Assembly: GCA_048939995.1 (NCBI GenBank)
Contig: JBHLOY010000002.1
Location: 320,001 to 384,000, forward strand
Direction: 5' to 3'
DNA: 64,000 bases
DNA from: Promethearchaeota archaeon
GTDB lineage: Archaea; Asgardarchaeota; Lokiarchaeia; Sigyniarchaeales; SOKP01
In this document: one piece after another, positions 20,604 to 31,924 of the stretch
Layout of the letters: every line of letters begins with the position of its first letter
Position numbering within the stretch: position 1 is the first letter of the stretch
Notes under the pieces: generated by a model
What the model saw: the letters and a program-made list of their open reading frames with translations, nothing else
Databases searched by the model: none
What the model was told of the DNA's origin: nothing
Position numbers and translations under genes: made by a program

Positions 20604-21548
20604 TCATTTATGGATATTTCCAGAACCTCGCTGAAAATTAATTAACTCTTGTGTGGACTTTCTAAAACTCAATTCGATACACATAGTTCTTTTATTCATC
20701 ATCGTTTCTAAAAAGAAAAATTTGATTGAAAAAATATCTTGATTTCTGATAAATATTGGAAATAATGTCCATTTAGCATAATAATAATCTTTCTTACAGA
20801 GTTCTATTCCCTTTTTAAAAAGAAGCAATTCCTCAGAACCTAAAATTGTATTAAAATTTTTAATTTCTATTGTGTTCGAAAAATGAGATCTCTTTTCTAA
20901 AGCTAATGAGATTTCATTATCTATAATATTATGATCATAAATAGTATAATAAAAGGGTAAAATTCCGGGAAGATATTTCTGATTATTTTTAAGTTTTGAT
21001 GAAAACCAACTTTTCGATATAATGCGATAAAAGTAATATATTATAAAAAAGTACGTATAAGAATTAATCAGTAAACTAAAAAGGAATAAACTAGCAGAGC
21101 TATAAAATAGTATTCCTAATAGGATAAGGAAGATTACAGAATTCACCATTGTGAAAAAACTTCCGGCCTTTTCAACATAAAAACAATATTCTCTCTTAGA
21201 AAGTGGATATAAGTAGGGAATTTTGGTAGTAGTTAGAAGATCCATGGAGATATGTAGACTATAAAAGACCATGCCTATAATCCAAGCTATAAAAAAAGCT
21301 TGTCGTGTTAATAATGAATAAAAAATCCCTCCAATACTGGAAACTATTATTCCTATAATATAGGAGTGAGACCCTCCGCGATGTTCCAGATAATTTGATT
21401 TAATTATTTTTTTCAAAGGTATGATAAATATATCTAAATCGGGTAGGATTGAAAATATTATCGCTAGTAATAAGTAGTTGAACGTAACTTCCTTTAGAAA
21501 AAGGATATACATTAAGGCTCCAAAAACTAAATGAGTAATTAAGTCCAT
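20604..21548 (-). CDS. membrane-bound metal-dependent hydrolase (YdjM-like)
   Basis: MDLITH, LPDLD, HRGGSHS, HISMDLLT. Confidence 0.88.
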   Translation of the reverse strand: MDLITHLVFGALMYILFLKEVTFNYLLLAIIFSILPDLDIFIIPLKKIIKSNYLEHRGGSHSYIIGIIVSSIGGIFYSLLTRQAFFIAWIIGMVFYSLHISMDLLTTTKIPYLYPLSKREYCFYVEKAGSFFTMVNSVIFLILLGILFYSSASLFLFSLLINSYTYFFIIYYFYRIISKSWFSSKLKNNQKYLPGILPFYYTIYDHNIIDNEISLALEKRSHFSNTIEIKNFNTILGSEELLLFKKGIELCKKDYYYAKWTLFPIFIRNQDIFSIKFFFLETMMNKRTMCIELSFRKSTQELINFQRGSGNIHK

Positions 21549-21696
21549 TTTTAGGCTTTATTTTAATTTTCAATCTAATAACAAGGAATAAAACGGAGGT
21601 TAAAACTCAAAAATTAAGAAGGAAATTTTAATATTTTTATTTAAAAAAATTAAATATTGATAGGTTTTATTTATAATAAATTAAATGAATTAAGTA

Positions 21697-22146
21697 ATGG
21701 CTAACAAACAAAAAGTCCTCGAAAATTATGTAGAACCAGATATCACTGTAGAATATATCTTTATCGAAAAAGCAGAAGAACAAATTAAACCGATTAATGA
21801 TGATCAAGGATATCTAATGGGATTTATCAATTTATTCATTTCTGGTACTTTTAAAAATGATAATCTCCTTGCTTTTAAGACTCAAATATTGAATGAACTA
21901 AATTACAGTGTGAAAACCTATGAACATTTTAAATCAGAAGCAATAAATCTGAATGAATATAAGTTTGGGTTGATTGACAATGATAAAGAAGTTACAGAAT
22001 TTAGAGTAATGGATGATGCATTTTTTAAGGCACTAATGGAATCATTAAGAAATTTAATTATAGTTGGCACAAATTTTAATATTGAAAATTTTAAATCCCA
22101 TGACATTTTTAACACCTGGTTTGATAAATATACTAACAGAATCTAA
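21697..22146 (+). CDS. hypothetical protein
   Basis: 149-aa ORF filling the gap; no motif recognised. Confidence 0.6.
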   Translation: MANKQKVLENYVEPDITVEYIFIEKAEEQIKPINDDQGYLMGFINLFISGTFKNDNLLAFKTQILNELNYSVKTYEHFKSEAINLNEYKFGLIDNDKEVTEFRVMDDAFFKALMESLRNLIIVGTNFNIENFKSHDIFNTWFDKYTNRI

Positions 22147-22215
22147 GTATGAAATAGAAAAACTAAAATCTTTATAAATAATTATACTATAGTCTTAACT
22201 AAAAAGAAATAATAT

Positions 22216-22884
22216 TTGAGAATGAAGGATATAGTAAAAAAACTGCTACTTTTCATATTTGTATATATTATTTATCAGAACATATTCTATCTAATTTTTG
22301 TACCAGAGATGTACTCAATTCCAATTTATGTTATATATTTACTAACAGCATATATGTTTACTCTTGCTGACACGTTAATACGTTCCATTCCAGAAGAACG
22401 AAGTTCTAAAATTTATGATATTTTAATTTTGTCTATGCTCTTATTATCTCCTTTCTTCCTGATTGGTGGGTATTTTGAGAATAGTTTGCTTATTTCCCAG
22501 TTATTCCCTTTCTGGGATAACATTATTATCAGTTATATAGGATTCACTCTTTATCTTGCTGGTTGTTTACTAATACTTGTTGCTCGAACTCAACTTGGAC
22601 GATTCGGGACTGCTGAATTAATTACTGACGAGGACCATCAGCTTTTTACTTGGGGGGTATATAAATATATTAGAAATCCTATGTATTCTGGTGCATTGAT
22701 TGCAACTGTTGGTTTCTGCCTTGTTTTCAGATGTTTAATTACCCTTATCGTTATGTTTATATATAGTTTCTTAATATATAGAATGCGAATTATTGAAGAA
22801 GAAAGAGTTTTATTAGAGAAATTTGGTAAAGAGTATGAAGATTATAAAAATAAGACAAAAAGATTAATTCCAATTCTTTATTGA
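22216..22884 (+). CDS. isoprenylcysteine carboxyl methyltransferase (ICMT/Ste14) family protein
   Basis: HQLFTWGVYKYIRNPMYSG, RIIEEERVLLEKFGKEYEDY. Confidence 0.9.
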   Translation: MRMKDIVKKLLLFIFVYIIYQNIFYLIFVPEMYSIPIYVIYLLTAYMFTLADTLIRSIPEERSSKIYDILILSMLLLSPFFLIGGYFENSLLISQLFPFWDNIIISYIGFTLYLAGCLLILVARTQLGRFGTAELITDEDHQLFTWGVYKYIRNPMYSGALIATVGFCLVFRCLITLIVMFIYSFLIYRMRIIEEERVLLEKFGKEYEDYKNKTKRLIPILY

Positions 22885-22907
22885 AGGTGTCTCATATCAT
22901 TTTTATT

Positions 22908-23369
22908 TTATTTTTGAAGATTTAAGGCTATTTCTTTCCCAAAAGTTTTACATTTAGGAAGTTCACCCTCAGCTATTGGACCTTTTAGCCCAATTACCTT
23001 CACAGGAAGTCCCGGAAGTACTCTTTTAAAACTAGGTATCTTTTTGCTGATTTTTTTTTCCAATTTCTTAGAAGCTTTATTCAGAATGGGAAGATCATTG
23101 TTAGTATCAAATACAGCATAATATTTTTCACTTAATGAAAACTCTGCAAGTCCGTTTATAAATTTTTTGATGCTACCAGCATAAGTACCTCCCCAATTAG
23201 GAGAACCTATAATTATTGCATCAAAATCTTCAACCTTACTATAATCAGTATCACTTACATGCATTACTTCAGTTTTGATTTGTTCAGTTTCTCTTATGCC
23301 CTCAGCAATGACTTCTGCCACTTTCTTAGTATTACCAAAATTTGTTTCATAAACAACTAATACATTCAA
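22908..23369 (-). CDS. flavodoxin family protein
   Basis: YETNFGNTKKVAE, IIGSPNWGG, AVFDT. Confidence 0.9.
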   Translation of the reverse strand: MNVLVVYETNFGNTKKVAEVIAEGIRETEQIKTEVMHVSDTDYSKVEDFDAIIIGSPNWGGTYAGSIKKFINGLAEFSLSEKYYAVFDTNNDLPILNKASKKLEKKISKKIPSFKRVLPGLPVKVIGLKGPIAEGELPKCKTFGKEIALNLQK

Positions 23370-23578
23370 TTAACTTCAATTCACTTCATTTTAATTTATT
23401 AGTAAGTATGATAAGCCTAAAGTATTTCAATATTTTTATTTAGAAACATTAAAAATTTACTATATTTGTTTATCAAAATTAGTTAATGATTTTTGGTGCA
23501 AATTTTAGTATTGAAAATTTTAAGTTAAATGATATTTTAAATAAAAAACAGATACTAACAGATTCTAAAAAATTCGCA

Positions 23579-24022
23579 TCAAGTTCTTAATTTTTCAATA
23601 ATTTTAGCCTTGTCTTCAAATTTAATTTCAAGAATAATTCTGCCCCATCCTCCACATTTTAATCCTATATCGAAACAACCAACTCTTTTAATTCTCATCT
23701 CATTAGGATCGATTCCCGCATAAAATAGTTCTTGAGCCGCAAAGATTAACCTTTCCATCTCACTTAAGGCATAAATACATATTCGTTTAGGATTTAATTT
23801 AGTAAGAAGATTTCCTGGGCCATCAAAATAAAATTTATCACCAACCTTATGTAGGCTACTGCATCCATGAGATTCTACAACCTCAATTATGATAGTTTTT
23901 TGCAATAATCCCGGTACTTTCAGAAGGGCTTCCTGATTTCTAGGGTTTTCTAACCAGAGCGCCATCTCCTCATCTGTATACCCTAAATGCTTTTTAATAA
24001 AATTTTGAGTCTCCTTAGACAT
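23579..24022 (-). CDS. TIGR04076-like Cys-containing protein
   Basis: EVVESHGC...HKVGDKF, ICIYAL, CFD...GRIILEI. Confidence 0.55.
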   Translation of the reverse strand: MSKETQNFIKKHLGYTDEEMALWLENPRNQEALLKVPGLLQKTIIIEVVESHGCSSLHKVGDKFYFDGPGNLLTKLNPKRICIYALSEMERLIFAAQELFYAGIDPNEMRIKRVGCFDIGLKCGGWGRIILEIKFEDKAKIIEKLRT

Positions 24023-24098
24023 GTCTCTAAACTAAGATTATTCTTTAATTTTTATTAATTTTAATACTTTAATAATATTTTAATTTGAATATTTCCAA

Positions 24099-24893
24099 CT
24101 AAAGTTCTTCTAAATTATAATCCTTTAATCCTACTCCATAATCCAAAGCATATTTAATATATTTTATTTGTAATGGATTTTCTATATCTTTCAATTTTGT
24201 TGAAATGGGCCGTAGCAACTCATAACCATAATAATCTAAAGCAATAGGATCAATTCCGGCAAAAAGGTACCCTAATTCTTTTTCTTCTCCGCCATGCCTG
24301 AATTCCTGGGCCTTAACCATAACTTTTAAGGCATCACAAATGATCAAATTAGATTTGAATATAGTGTTTAATTCAGCAATTCCTTTGTGAATATCTTTGA
24401 ATTTGGTGTGAATTTTTAATCGTTCAGCTTTAGATAGATATCCAAATTTATCTTTCAGAGCATTAGTAAGTTTTACAATAAAGTGATCTTTTAAAATTGG
24501 AAGAGAGATGATATAATCTTGCTGAAATGGAATTTCTGATACTTTTAAGCTAAACCCTCTCGAAGTTTTTAATTTTTTGAAAGGATGGTCATAAAAGTTT
24601 ACAAAACGTATCCCTAATTCTTGGCATTTTTCGATAATCGGATGATCTTCTATTTTTCTAGCTGATAAATCAATGCTCTGGCCATCTCCACAGATAATCT
24701 CTGATGCGCTAGTCTTAATTTGCTCATACACGGCTTCAATCATTTCAGGATGAGTAGTTGTAGGATAAGGGTTATATGAGACCAGATTTACTTTTATAAG
24801 AACATTCCCTTCAATTTGATTCCTAATTCTTGACATTAATGATGCTACAAATCTTTTTCTATCTTGATTTTTAGTAAAATAAATTGTTGACAT
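24099..24893 (-). CDS. DUF362 domain protein
   Basis: VLIKVNLV, TTHPE, ISLPILKDH, TNALKD, DPIALD. Confidence 0.85.
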   Translation of the reverse strand: MSTIYFTKNQDRKRFVASLMSRIRNQIEGNVLIKVNLVSYNPYPTTTHPEMIEAVYEQIKTSASEIICGDGQSIDLSARKIEDHPIIEKCQELGIRFVNFYDHPFKKLKTSRGFSLKVSEIPFQQDYIISLPILKDHFIVKLTNALKDKFGYLSKAERLKIHTKFKDIHKGIAELNTIFKSNLIICDALKVMVKAQEFRHGGEEKELGYLFAGIDPIALDYYGYELLRPISTKLKDIENPLQIKYIKYALDYGVGLKDYNLEEL

Positions 24894-25203
24894 AGTTTCT
24901 TAAGTTTCAGTTAGCTTTAATTCAGAAAAGAAAAATTACAATTTAAAGTCTTAGTCTGGAGATTTAAACAATATATCTTTTCTTTAGAGTTTATAGCCAT
25001 TGACTAAGTAATTTTTATATTAATCACAATATTCCTATTTCTTGTCTTTGACATGAGTCTTCACATATCTTTTCATTTTAATACCAAAAAGCAAATTCTG
25101 AATTTAAAGTAGTTGTTTAGAGATTTGAATAGAAGAAATATAATAATGCTTTATATTTTTAAAAGATAATACAAGAAAAAAAAGTAAAAAATTAAATAAT
25201 TTT

Positions 25204-25947
25204 TCAGCTAATTTTTGAACCGCATTGAGCGCAAAATTGTCCTAAATCAGATAATTTTGCCCCACAATTTGAGCAGAAATTTATTTTATGCTCATAGCTG
25301 ATTACTGGTTGTGATTTGGGTACAGTAGTTTGCAATTCTACAGATTTTGGAGCATCATAAGTTGATAATTTTTTTAACGTTGCAAGCATAAAGTATCCTT
25401 TCACATGATAGATAAAACCGATGATTGCCGGAACAATTAAAAATCCTAATGAGCTTAATAGTGTACCTGTTTTTAGTTTATCGCACCCCTTAATTGCCTC
25501 TTCAGACATATATGCTGGAAACATCTTAAAATTATTCTCAAAAAATAATTTTAAATTTTTCCAGGCCTTCATTTCAGCTGCCACACCTACATATATAAGT
25601 ACTATACCAGATATCATAAGAATTATAGGTATAGAAAGTGAGACGTAGATTGGGATTGAGGTTGTGCTAAAGAAAAATAGAGCAAGGTTAACTCCTCCGA
25701 TAATCAAGATAACCATACCGCATATTCGTGATATAAAACCCTTGATGTATTGTGAACGAAATTCATGTAACGACAAGTTATTTAAGGTTAAATTTACTAT
25801 TTTAAGACTTCTCATCGCAATAAAGACAAAAATCATTGCTATGAAACCAGCTATTCCTGTGCTAATGCTTACAATCGTTAAAATTGCAGCAACTTGAATA
25901 TATTTCCCAAAATCATGGAAATTTTTTCTAACTTCTATATTTGTCAT
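25204..25947 (-). CDS. membrane protein with C-terminal double zinc ribbon
   Basis: Several TM segments; FCSNCG...FCAQCG. Confidence 0.8.
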   Translation of the reverse strand: MTNIEVRKNFHDFGKYIQVAAILTIVSISTGIAGFIAMIFVFIAMRSLKIVNLTLNNLSLHEFRSQYIKGFISRICGMVILIIGGVNLALFFFSTTSIPIYVSLSIPIILMISGIVLIYVGVAAEMKAWKNLKLFFENNFKMFPAYMSEEAIKGCDKLKTGTLLSSLGFLIVPAIIGFIYHVKGYFMLATLKKLSTYDAPKSVELQTTVPKSQPVISYEHKINFCSNCGAKLSDLGQFCAQCGSKIS

Positions 25948-26216
25948 TTTTATTTTTGATTTTTAATTTTTAGAAATTTAATATATTTAATTCAAAGATG
26001 ATTGATTAAAGAGTGGGAGTCCATTAATTGTGATTATGAGAATTTTTACTAATATGTAGAAAATGTTATATATCCATTTTTCTTATTATTTCAATCGAAT
26101 TCCAAAAGAACGCGAAACAATGTTAAATACTTTTATATGAAAATTAACGTCTTGTTTAAAGGAGCAATCCTTTCAAGGCGAAATAAAATTAAGATTAAAC
26201 AAAAAGAATATTTGAG

Positions 26217-26897
26217 GTGAAAATAGTAGTGAAAAGGAAATCAAAAATGACTAAAACGCTGATTGTAGCAACATTTCTACTAATCATCGTCGCATTTATT
26301 ACAACAGTGAACGCTTGTCCCCCTAATCGCATCTTAGTCATAGCAAAAGGGGATGACTTAGACCCAGGGTTTATTGGGGCAACGAATTTTATCATAGCAA
26401 AGGTTAAAGATGGTAAAGCACATGTAGAATTCAATCAAAGAATCTATGAATCTGGAGAAAAAGTTTATGACATGAAAGGGAAACTCAAAGATGGATTACT
26501 TCTAACTACTCATCATTATTTTTATTGCCCAATCTTTAATTGCTGGTGGATTAACATTTCGTTTATCATGGGTGAGGGAGTGGTTAAAACTACTGATACC
26601 GATTTTCCTGTATTTTTTCGAAACTCGTTTCCAATAATCATGCCTAATACTGAAGGTAAATATGTATCAGTACAGATTTTAATTTTCCTTAGCCTTACAG
26701 CTGAATATTATGAAGTTGATCCTAATGATCCCTTCAATCCTGCGACAATTCCCTGGGACGAAGAACCTTTAGTTTGGGAGGAAGGAGTATGGATTCTTGC
26801 TGCGGTTTTATGGGATGTTGGCATCCCAATGGATGTGGGGTTTGGATATGGAATAGTACCGGTCGGTCCGGCATCCTATTTAACAATGGTTACATAA
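26217..26897 (+). CDS. secreted hypothetical protein
   Basis: Signal peptide-like MTKTLIVATFLLIIVAFITTVNA; T-run after the stop. Confidence 0.7.
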   Translation: MKIVVKRKSKMTKTLIVATFLLIIVAFITTVNACPPNRILVIAKGDDLDPGFIGATNFIIAKVKDGKAHVEFNQRIYESGEKVYDMKGKLKDGLLLTTHHYFYCPIFNCWWINISFIMGEGVVKTTDTDFPVFFRNSFPIIMPNTEGKYVSVQILIFLSLTAEYYEVDPNDPFNPATIPWDEEPLVWEEGVWILAAVLWDVGIPMDVGFGYGIVPVGPASYLTMVT

Positions 26898-26981
26898 CTC
26901 AATCGTAAAGATAACAAATATATTCTAAAATCTTTTTTTTTTACAGTCCGTTAGTATCGTACTCGAAACGAGTCGTATTCT

Positions 26982-28229
26982 TTAAATTTTAATCTTTTTT
27001 TTTTCTTGGGGTTGGTTATTGTCAGAGATTTGATTGAGTGATTTCTTATATATTTGGATTTGTTGGTACAATTTTTCACAAAAATCTTCAAATTCCATTG
27101 GATCAAAGCTAGAACCAATTTCTCTATGAACTTCTAGCTTTCTCAAATCATCCCAACTTAGCCCAACTCCCAATATGGGAATAATTGTCAGCCCCGTATC
27201 TCGAGCAATATTTAATTCAGTAGCGCAATCAACTGATGTTAATGACTTTTCAGTAGAAATGAAAAGTAGTAATTGACAACGGGGCACCGTTTTTTGCATC
27301 CAAGCATCAATATTTCCAGTTAAATCAGCTTCGCAATAATAGACATAGCGTATTCCTTTTTGGTTCTCTAAGAAATGGGCAATTTCATTAATCCTATATC
27401 TATTATAATCCTCAACCGCGTGAGTAATAAAGATACGAATCCCTCGCTTGAAAGTTGTCCCTAATTCTATAAATCGACTTGCAATTACAACTCCAATTAA
27501 AGAAGTTAAAAGCGCTATGAAAGAATAAATATCTATCTGAGCTACGATGTAGAAAATGAAAGTGAATATCCATCTCACAAAAAAAGCTCCGAAAAACATA
27601 ATTCCGCTTAAAGTAAAATAAATCGTTCTTATTCTTTGTCCAAAAAATATCAAATAACTAGCTGAAATCGTAGCTAAAAGAAAAGTTGAATAAAGAAACA
27701 GGAGGTAAAATGTTGCGTTATATGACAATGTAATATGAATAACTAAATTAAATAACCTGTCTACCAAATACAAAATTGCGAACGCGATCATATAATTTCC
27801 ATAATATTTTCTGTTACTAAATCCAAACAGCACAAAGGTAAAAATTAAAAGAAAGACAGCGCCATCGGAAATGGTTAGCATTAGCCAATATAAGTTTGGA
27901 AAAGTATTTATTATGAAATTTAGGAAGAAAAAATCAAGGCTATATCCTAATAACATATTAATAAAAGTATATCCCACTTGAGTTATCATAAAATACACGT
28001 AAGGTATAACCGGAATAATCTTTATCAGCTTTAATTGTTTGAATTCTCTTTTATCCGTCTCTAAATCTTTACTTCCTATTACCAAAAGAGATAAATAAAT
28101 TAAATTTAGAGAGTAATCTAGATACAAATTAACAGCAAAAAAGTAAATCAGAACATGTAAAGGAAGGATAAAATTAATTAAAACAACCAAACCAATCTTA
28201 TATTTTGTTTGCATATATAACACTCTCAT
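26982..28229 (-). CDS. multipass membrane protein with C-terminal TIR domain
   Basis: About 8 TM segments, then IFITHAVED, YYCEADL, LLLFISTEKSLTSVDCATEL, IIPIL. Confidence 0.8.
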   Translation of the reverse strand: MRVLYMQTKYKIGLVVLINFILPLHVLIYFFAVNLYLDYSLNLIYLSLLVIGSKDLETDKREFKQLKLIKIIPVIPYVYFMITQVGYTFINMLLGYSLDFFFLNFIINTFPNLYWLMLTISDGAVFLLIFTFVLFGFSNRKYYGNYMIAFAILYLVDRLFNLVIHITLSYNATFYLLFLYSTFLLATISASYLIFFGQRIRTIYFTLSGIMFFGAFFVRWIFTFIFYIVAQIDIYSFIALLTSLIGVVIASRFIELGTTFKRGIRIFITHAVEDYNRYRINEIAHFLENQKGIRYVYYCEADLTGNIDAWMQKTVPRCQLLLFISTEKSLTSVDCATELNIARDTGLTIIPILGVGLSWDDLRKLEVHREIGSSFDPMEFEDFCEKLYQQIQIYKKSLNQISDNNQPQEKKKIKI

Positions 28230-28435
28230 TAAAGCCCATTATTACCTAATGATATCTTATATCCCAATTGAAGAAAAAAATATTATAATCGTATTATGTT
28301 AAATTAATATATAAAGGCTTTCCTAGTTTTAACCAGAGCCATATATTCGGTGATATTTGAAGAAATCCACTCCTTCAAATGATAAAAGATTCAGCAAATA
28401 ATTTCTGAGTATTACGAATTTGTTACCCAAATAAA

Positions 28436-28660
28436 TTATCTCCAATCTTTAGCCTTTTCATCAATACTATTAATAAAATTATCCTTTCCCTTTATATAGC
28501 CATCAATATTCTTTGGGCATTCTCGCGCGAGTCTTTCTTTTAGTTGGCTATATTTTTGTGCTTCTTTAGGAGGAGCTATAATTTCTAAAATTTAGTAGAC
28601 GTTTTATTTCAGAATTCTCTATTTCAAAGATAATGCCCAAATGATATAAAGTTCCTGGTA
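28436..28660 (-). pseudogene. GrpB (UPF0157) family 3' remnant
   Basis: Minus-strand FEIENSEIKRLLNFRNY, then a frameshift to PKEAQKYSQLKERLARECPKNIDGYIKGKDNFINSIDEKAKDWR*; no start found. Confidence 0.6.
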
Positions 28661-28693
28661 CTGATTTATACTATTTTACCTTAAAATTATGTA

Positions 28694-31588
28694 TTAAGAA
28701 ATCTTTTCTAAATTTTCCTTTTTCTTATTTCTAAATTTCTCAACATTCGCTATTTCTTCTTCATTTTCAAATTCTGCTAAAAATTGGGATATTTCCTCAC
28801 ATTTTCCGTATATTTGGGCAGCAGTTTCAAAGAAATCATTATTTGATAATGAATCAGCTTCATGTTCTAAATTTGATCTATAATTTTCAATATCTTTTAT
28901 TTTGAATTGATTCATTTGGAAATATTGAATTAATTCTGATTTGTACATGTTTATAGCGTCAAAATCTCTTAATTTTCTAGAAATCTCGATAATGTCACAA
29001 AATGATTCAAAAATTTTTACGGAATCTTCATTAATTTTTTCCTTTTCCAAAAGTTCTAATCGTTTTTCACGCTCTTCAATTAGACCTTCGATCCCTTCAA
29101 TTAAATCTGAAATTAGTGCTACTTCTTCAATTTTACTTTGCTTTGAGAGAATTTCCTTCGCATTTTGAAACTGCTTGATTGCCTCTAAATAAGCCCCCTC
29201 ATTGAATAATTCTTCTCCTAAACTTTTAATCTCATCAATATTAACCTCTAAATCCACTTTATCAAATAATTCTTCACTATAAGGTTGAATTTGCTCTTTT
29301 TGATAAGGTGGAGATTTTTGTGGTAATAATTTATCAATGTGAGCTAAGATTAATTTAAGAGGCACTTTTTTCCGTGGTGGATTAATTTTCTTATGTGTTT
29401 TTTTCCTCACTATTGTAATAGCAGTGATAGAAACTGCCACACTTATTAGAATCACGGCAAAAATTAGAGTGATTAAAAGATCAGTACTATTAGGATTTGA
29501 ATTAAATGTAAAGGTACCTATTGTATAACTACTTTCATGTCCCGCTCCATCTACTTGAGATAAAAAATAATAATACTTACCTGAAAGAAGAGTCTCGTTA
29601 AGTTCGAAATAACTGCTCTCAGATCCTGTGTTGGTTATATTAAACTTATAAACATAACCAGGGGTTATTGATGGGTCAGTCTCATTATCAATGATTAATA
29701 TATAATAAGAAATACCCGAAGGATCAGAACCCTCCAGCCAATTGAATATTAAATTGCCACTAACCGCCCCACTGGGGGCATTAGTTAAGATAGGTGGAGA
29801 GGGTGTAATCGTGTCAACAACTGTAATGTTATTAAGAATCATCTTCCAATTTCCATTATTGTCTTTCATATGAATTTTATATTGATATAAAGTCCAATCT
29901 TCCGGTGTCCATGAATCATATTGCCAAATATTATCTCCAATATTGGTCATTGAATGATTTAAATCTTCAAATTCGATCTTAACCTCAAGAATCCCTGATG
30001 GATCGGACACATTTATCTGAATAACTTCTGTTTCACCCAGTTCTAACGGATCTGAATTTTCTATAAGATTTGAATAAGTTGGTGGAGTAGTATCTATTAC
30101 TTCAATAGTACCTGTAGTAGAATTCCAATTATTAAAATAATCTTCCATCCATATCGTATAATTATGATTACCTACACTAATAGGTTGCCAAGAGTCATAT
30201 TGCCAAGTATCACCACCAATATTGATCATGGTATGATTTCTGATTACATGATCAGAGTCTTCATATTCGATTAATGTTTGCTTAATTCCTTCTGGATCGG
30301 AAACATTTATTGTAATAAGCTCAATCTCGCCTAATTCTAATGGATCTAAACTTTCTATTAGATTGGAATAAGTAGGGGGGAAAATATCGAACTCTTCTTC
30401 TCCAATAGAATAAAAGGAATTTGGAGCATATTGATTATTATATTCTGTTTCAAACCAACCGGGTGAACGAACACTTGAAGTGATTCTAAATTCCTCAATT
30501 ATTGCGTTAATAACATCAGTGTAATCTAAGTCAGTACCGATTGTATAAGCTGTCCACGAAGAAGAATTCCCTAAAGCTTCGACATCATATTGATCTATAT
30601 TTAATGTTCCGTTAAGATAAGCTCTTTTACGCCCAACTGATCCACCTTCCCACGTCATAACTAAATGATAAAATTGATCCTTCCATGCATCGAAGGAACA
30701 CTTTATATCAGAAGTATCTCCAAGATGGTTTTTAATTCGAGTTATAATCCTGTTACTCCCATTTAAAATTATATCAGGCCTGGCACCAGTTGCGGTAAAA
30801 TATCTTTGATAAACATAATATAATTGGGGTCTAAACCACATTTCAAGAGAGAGGCTATTTGTCGGATTAGAAAAACCTGAAGTCATTTCAAGATATTCCG
30901 AACTGGGATACTCTCCCGAATCGAACTTTATAGCTTTACCGATAACTCCATCTACAAGATCTCCAGAATTGAATCCTGAACCTGGAGTTAAGTCATAACT
31001 ATTAGCTGTGCTATCCAGAACAGAGGATGAGCTTGGGTCTTGATTCATATGATAAACCGCATAATAATTGCTATCCCACACACCCTCAGGATTTTGTCTC
31101 GAATCCATTGTCGAATTACCATAATACATTCTAAGAATAGTATCATTAGTGATTGATAATTTTGGAATTCGAACCCAAGCCACCAATTTAGCATGCGTGC
31201 TATTATAAGTCTTTTCAAATAGTTCAATTTCATGGTTTAACCACACAGTATTGTTAGCAAATACTATATCGTTCCCGTTTGATTGAACATCATCATGTAA
31301 ATCGGTATCAAAAATCGAAATTAGCATGGGGAAATTCTTATGATCCCCCATTCCATTAACCTGGTTATGGTCAATTAGTATCTCCTTATAATATTTGAAG
31401 TAGTGCTTATTAGGAAGAGTGCTTGAAGACGTTTGAATTAAGGATTTTGGAATTCCTAGTGAATTTTCATAATCATTTTCCTTAATAGCGCCAATTGGAA
31501 GTAAAACAATAGTTAGAAGGTTAACAATGAAAATAAAAAACACTAAATAGCATTGCTTATTTCGCTTATAATATCGTTTTCTAATCAT
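28694..31588 (-). CDS. cell-surface protein: DUF2341 + LamG + Ig/FN3-like repeats + TM + helical cytoplasmic tail
   Basis: HDDVQSNGNDIVF...WLNHEIE...AWVRIP...MYYGN; LamG; two PPTYSNLIE..DPLELGE repeats; single TM; TPR-like tail. Confidence 0.85.
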   Translation of the reverse strand: MIRKRYYKRNKQCYLVFFIFIVNLLTIVLLPIGAIKENDYENSLGIPKSLIQTSSSTLPNKHYFKYYKEILIDHNQVNGMGDHKNFPMLISIFDTDLHDDVQSNGNDIVFANNTVWLNHEIELFEKTYNSTHAKLVAWVRIPKLSITNDTILRMYYGNSTMDSRQNPEGVWDSNYYAVYHMNQDPSSSSVLDSTANSYDLTPGSGFNSGDLVDGVIGKAIKFDSGEYPSSEYLEMTSGFSNPTNSLSLEMWFRPQLYYVYQRYFTATGARPDIILNGSNRIITRIKNHLGDTSDIKCSFDAWKDQFYHLVMTWEGGSVGRKRAYLNGTLNIDQYDVEALGNSSSWTAYTIGTDLDYTDVINAIIEEFRITSSVRSPGWFETEYNNQYAPNSFYSIGEEEFDIFPPTYSNLIESLDPLELGEIELITINVSDPEGIKQTLIEYEDSDHVIRNHTMINIGGDTWQYDSWQPISVGNHNYTIWMEDYFNNWNSTTGTIEVIDTTPPTYSNLIENSDPLELGETEVIQINVSDPSGILEVKIEFEDLNHSMTNIGDNIWQYDSWTPEDWTLYQYKIHMKDNNGNWKMILNNITVVDTITPSPPILTNAPSGAVSGNLIFNWLEGSDPSGISYYILIIDNETDPSITPGYVYKFNITNTGSESSYFELNETLLSGKYYYFLSQVDGAGHESSYTIGTFTFNSNPNSTDLLITLIFAVILISVAVSITAITIVRKKTHKKINPPRKKVPLKLILAHIDKLLPQKSPPYQKEQIQPYSEELFDKVDLEVNIDEIKSLGEELFNEGAYLEAIKQFQNAKEILSKQSKIEEVALISDLIEGIEGLIEEREKRLELLEKEKINEDSVKIFESFCDIIEISRKLRDFDAINMYKSELIQYFQMNQFKIKDIENYRSNLEHEADSLSNNDFFETAAQIYGKCEEISQFLAEFENEEEIANVEKFRNKKKENLEKIS

Positions 31589-31924
31589 GCTTCATTAATC
31601 TCATTAAATTTAGTTGAATAAAAATTAAACTTATAAAGCAAGCTTCATCAAATTCTTCGACAAAATGGTATAATATACTCTTATTCAACTAATACATGAA
31701 TGTCCTTTTATATAAATTTATCTCAAGTATAGGGAGAACAGTTTAAATTACTTACGTACTTAAATCTAATTTAATTATTTGCAAGGGAAAAAAAAAGAGA
31801 AAAGTGCTCAATAGGTCATCAGGTTGTGCTGAAAAGGTAATTGATCTATACTCTTACATTCTTAGAAGAGATAAATAAAAAAAAAGTTTAAATTCCACTT
31901 TACTAAAAATAGAGCGTCTTTTTT

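Noticed and set aside
26955-26980. Hairpin ACTCG-AAA-CGAGT between convergent genes as an attC site or ncRNA
   Set aside because: The stem is short, there are no paired R/L boxes or other copies, and no integrase is present; at most a terminator-associated structure.
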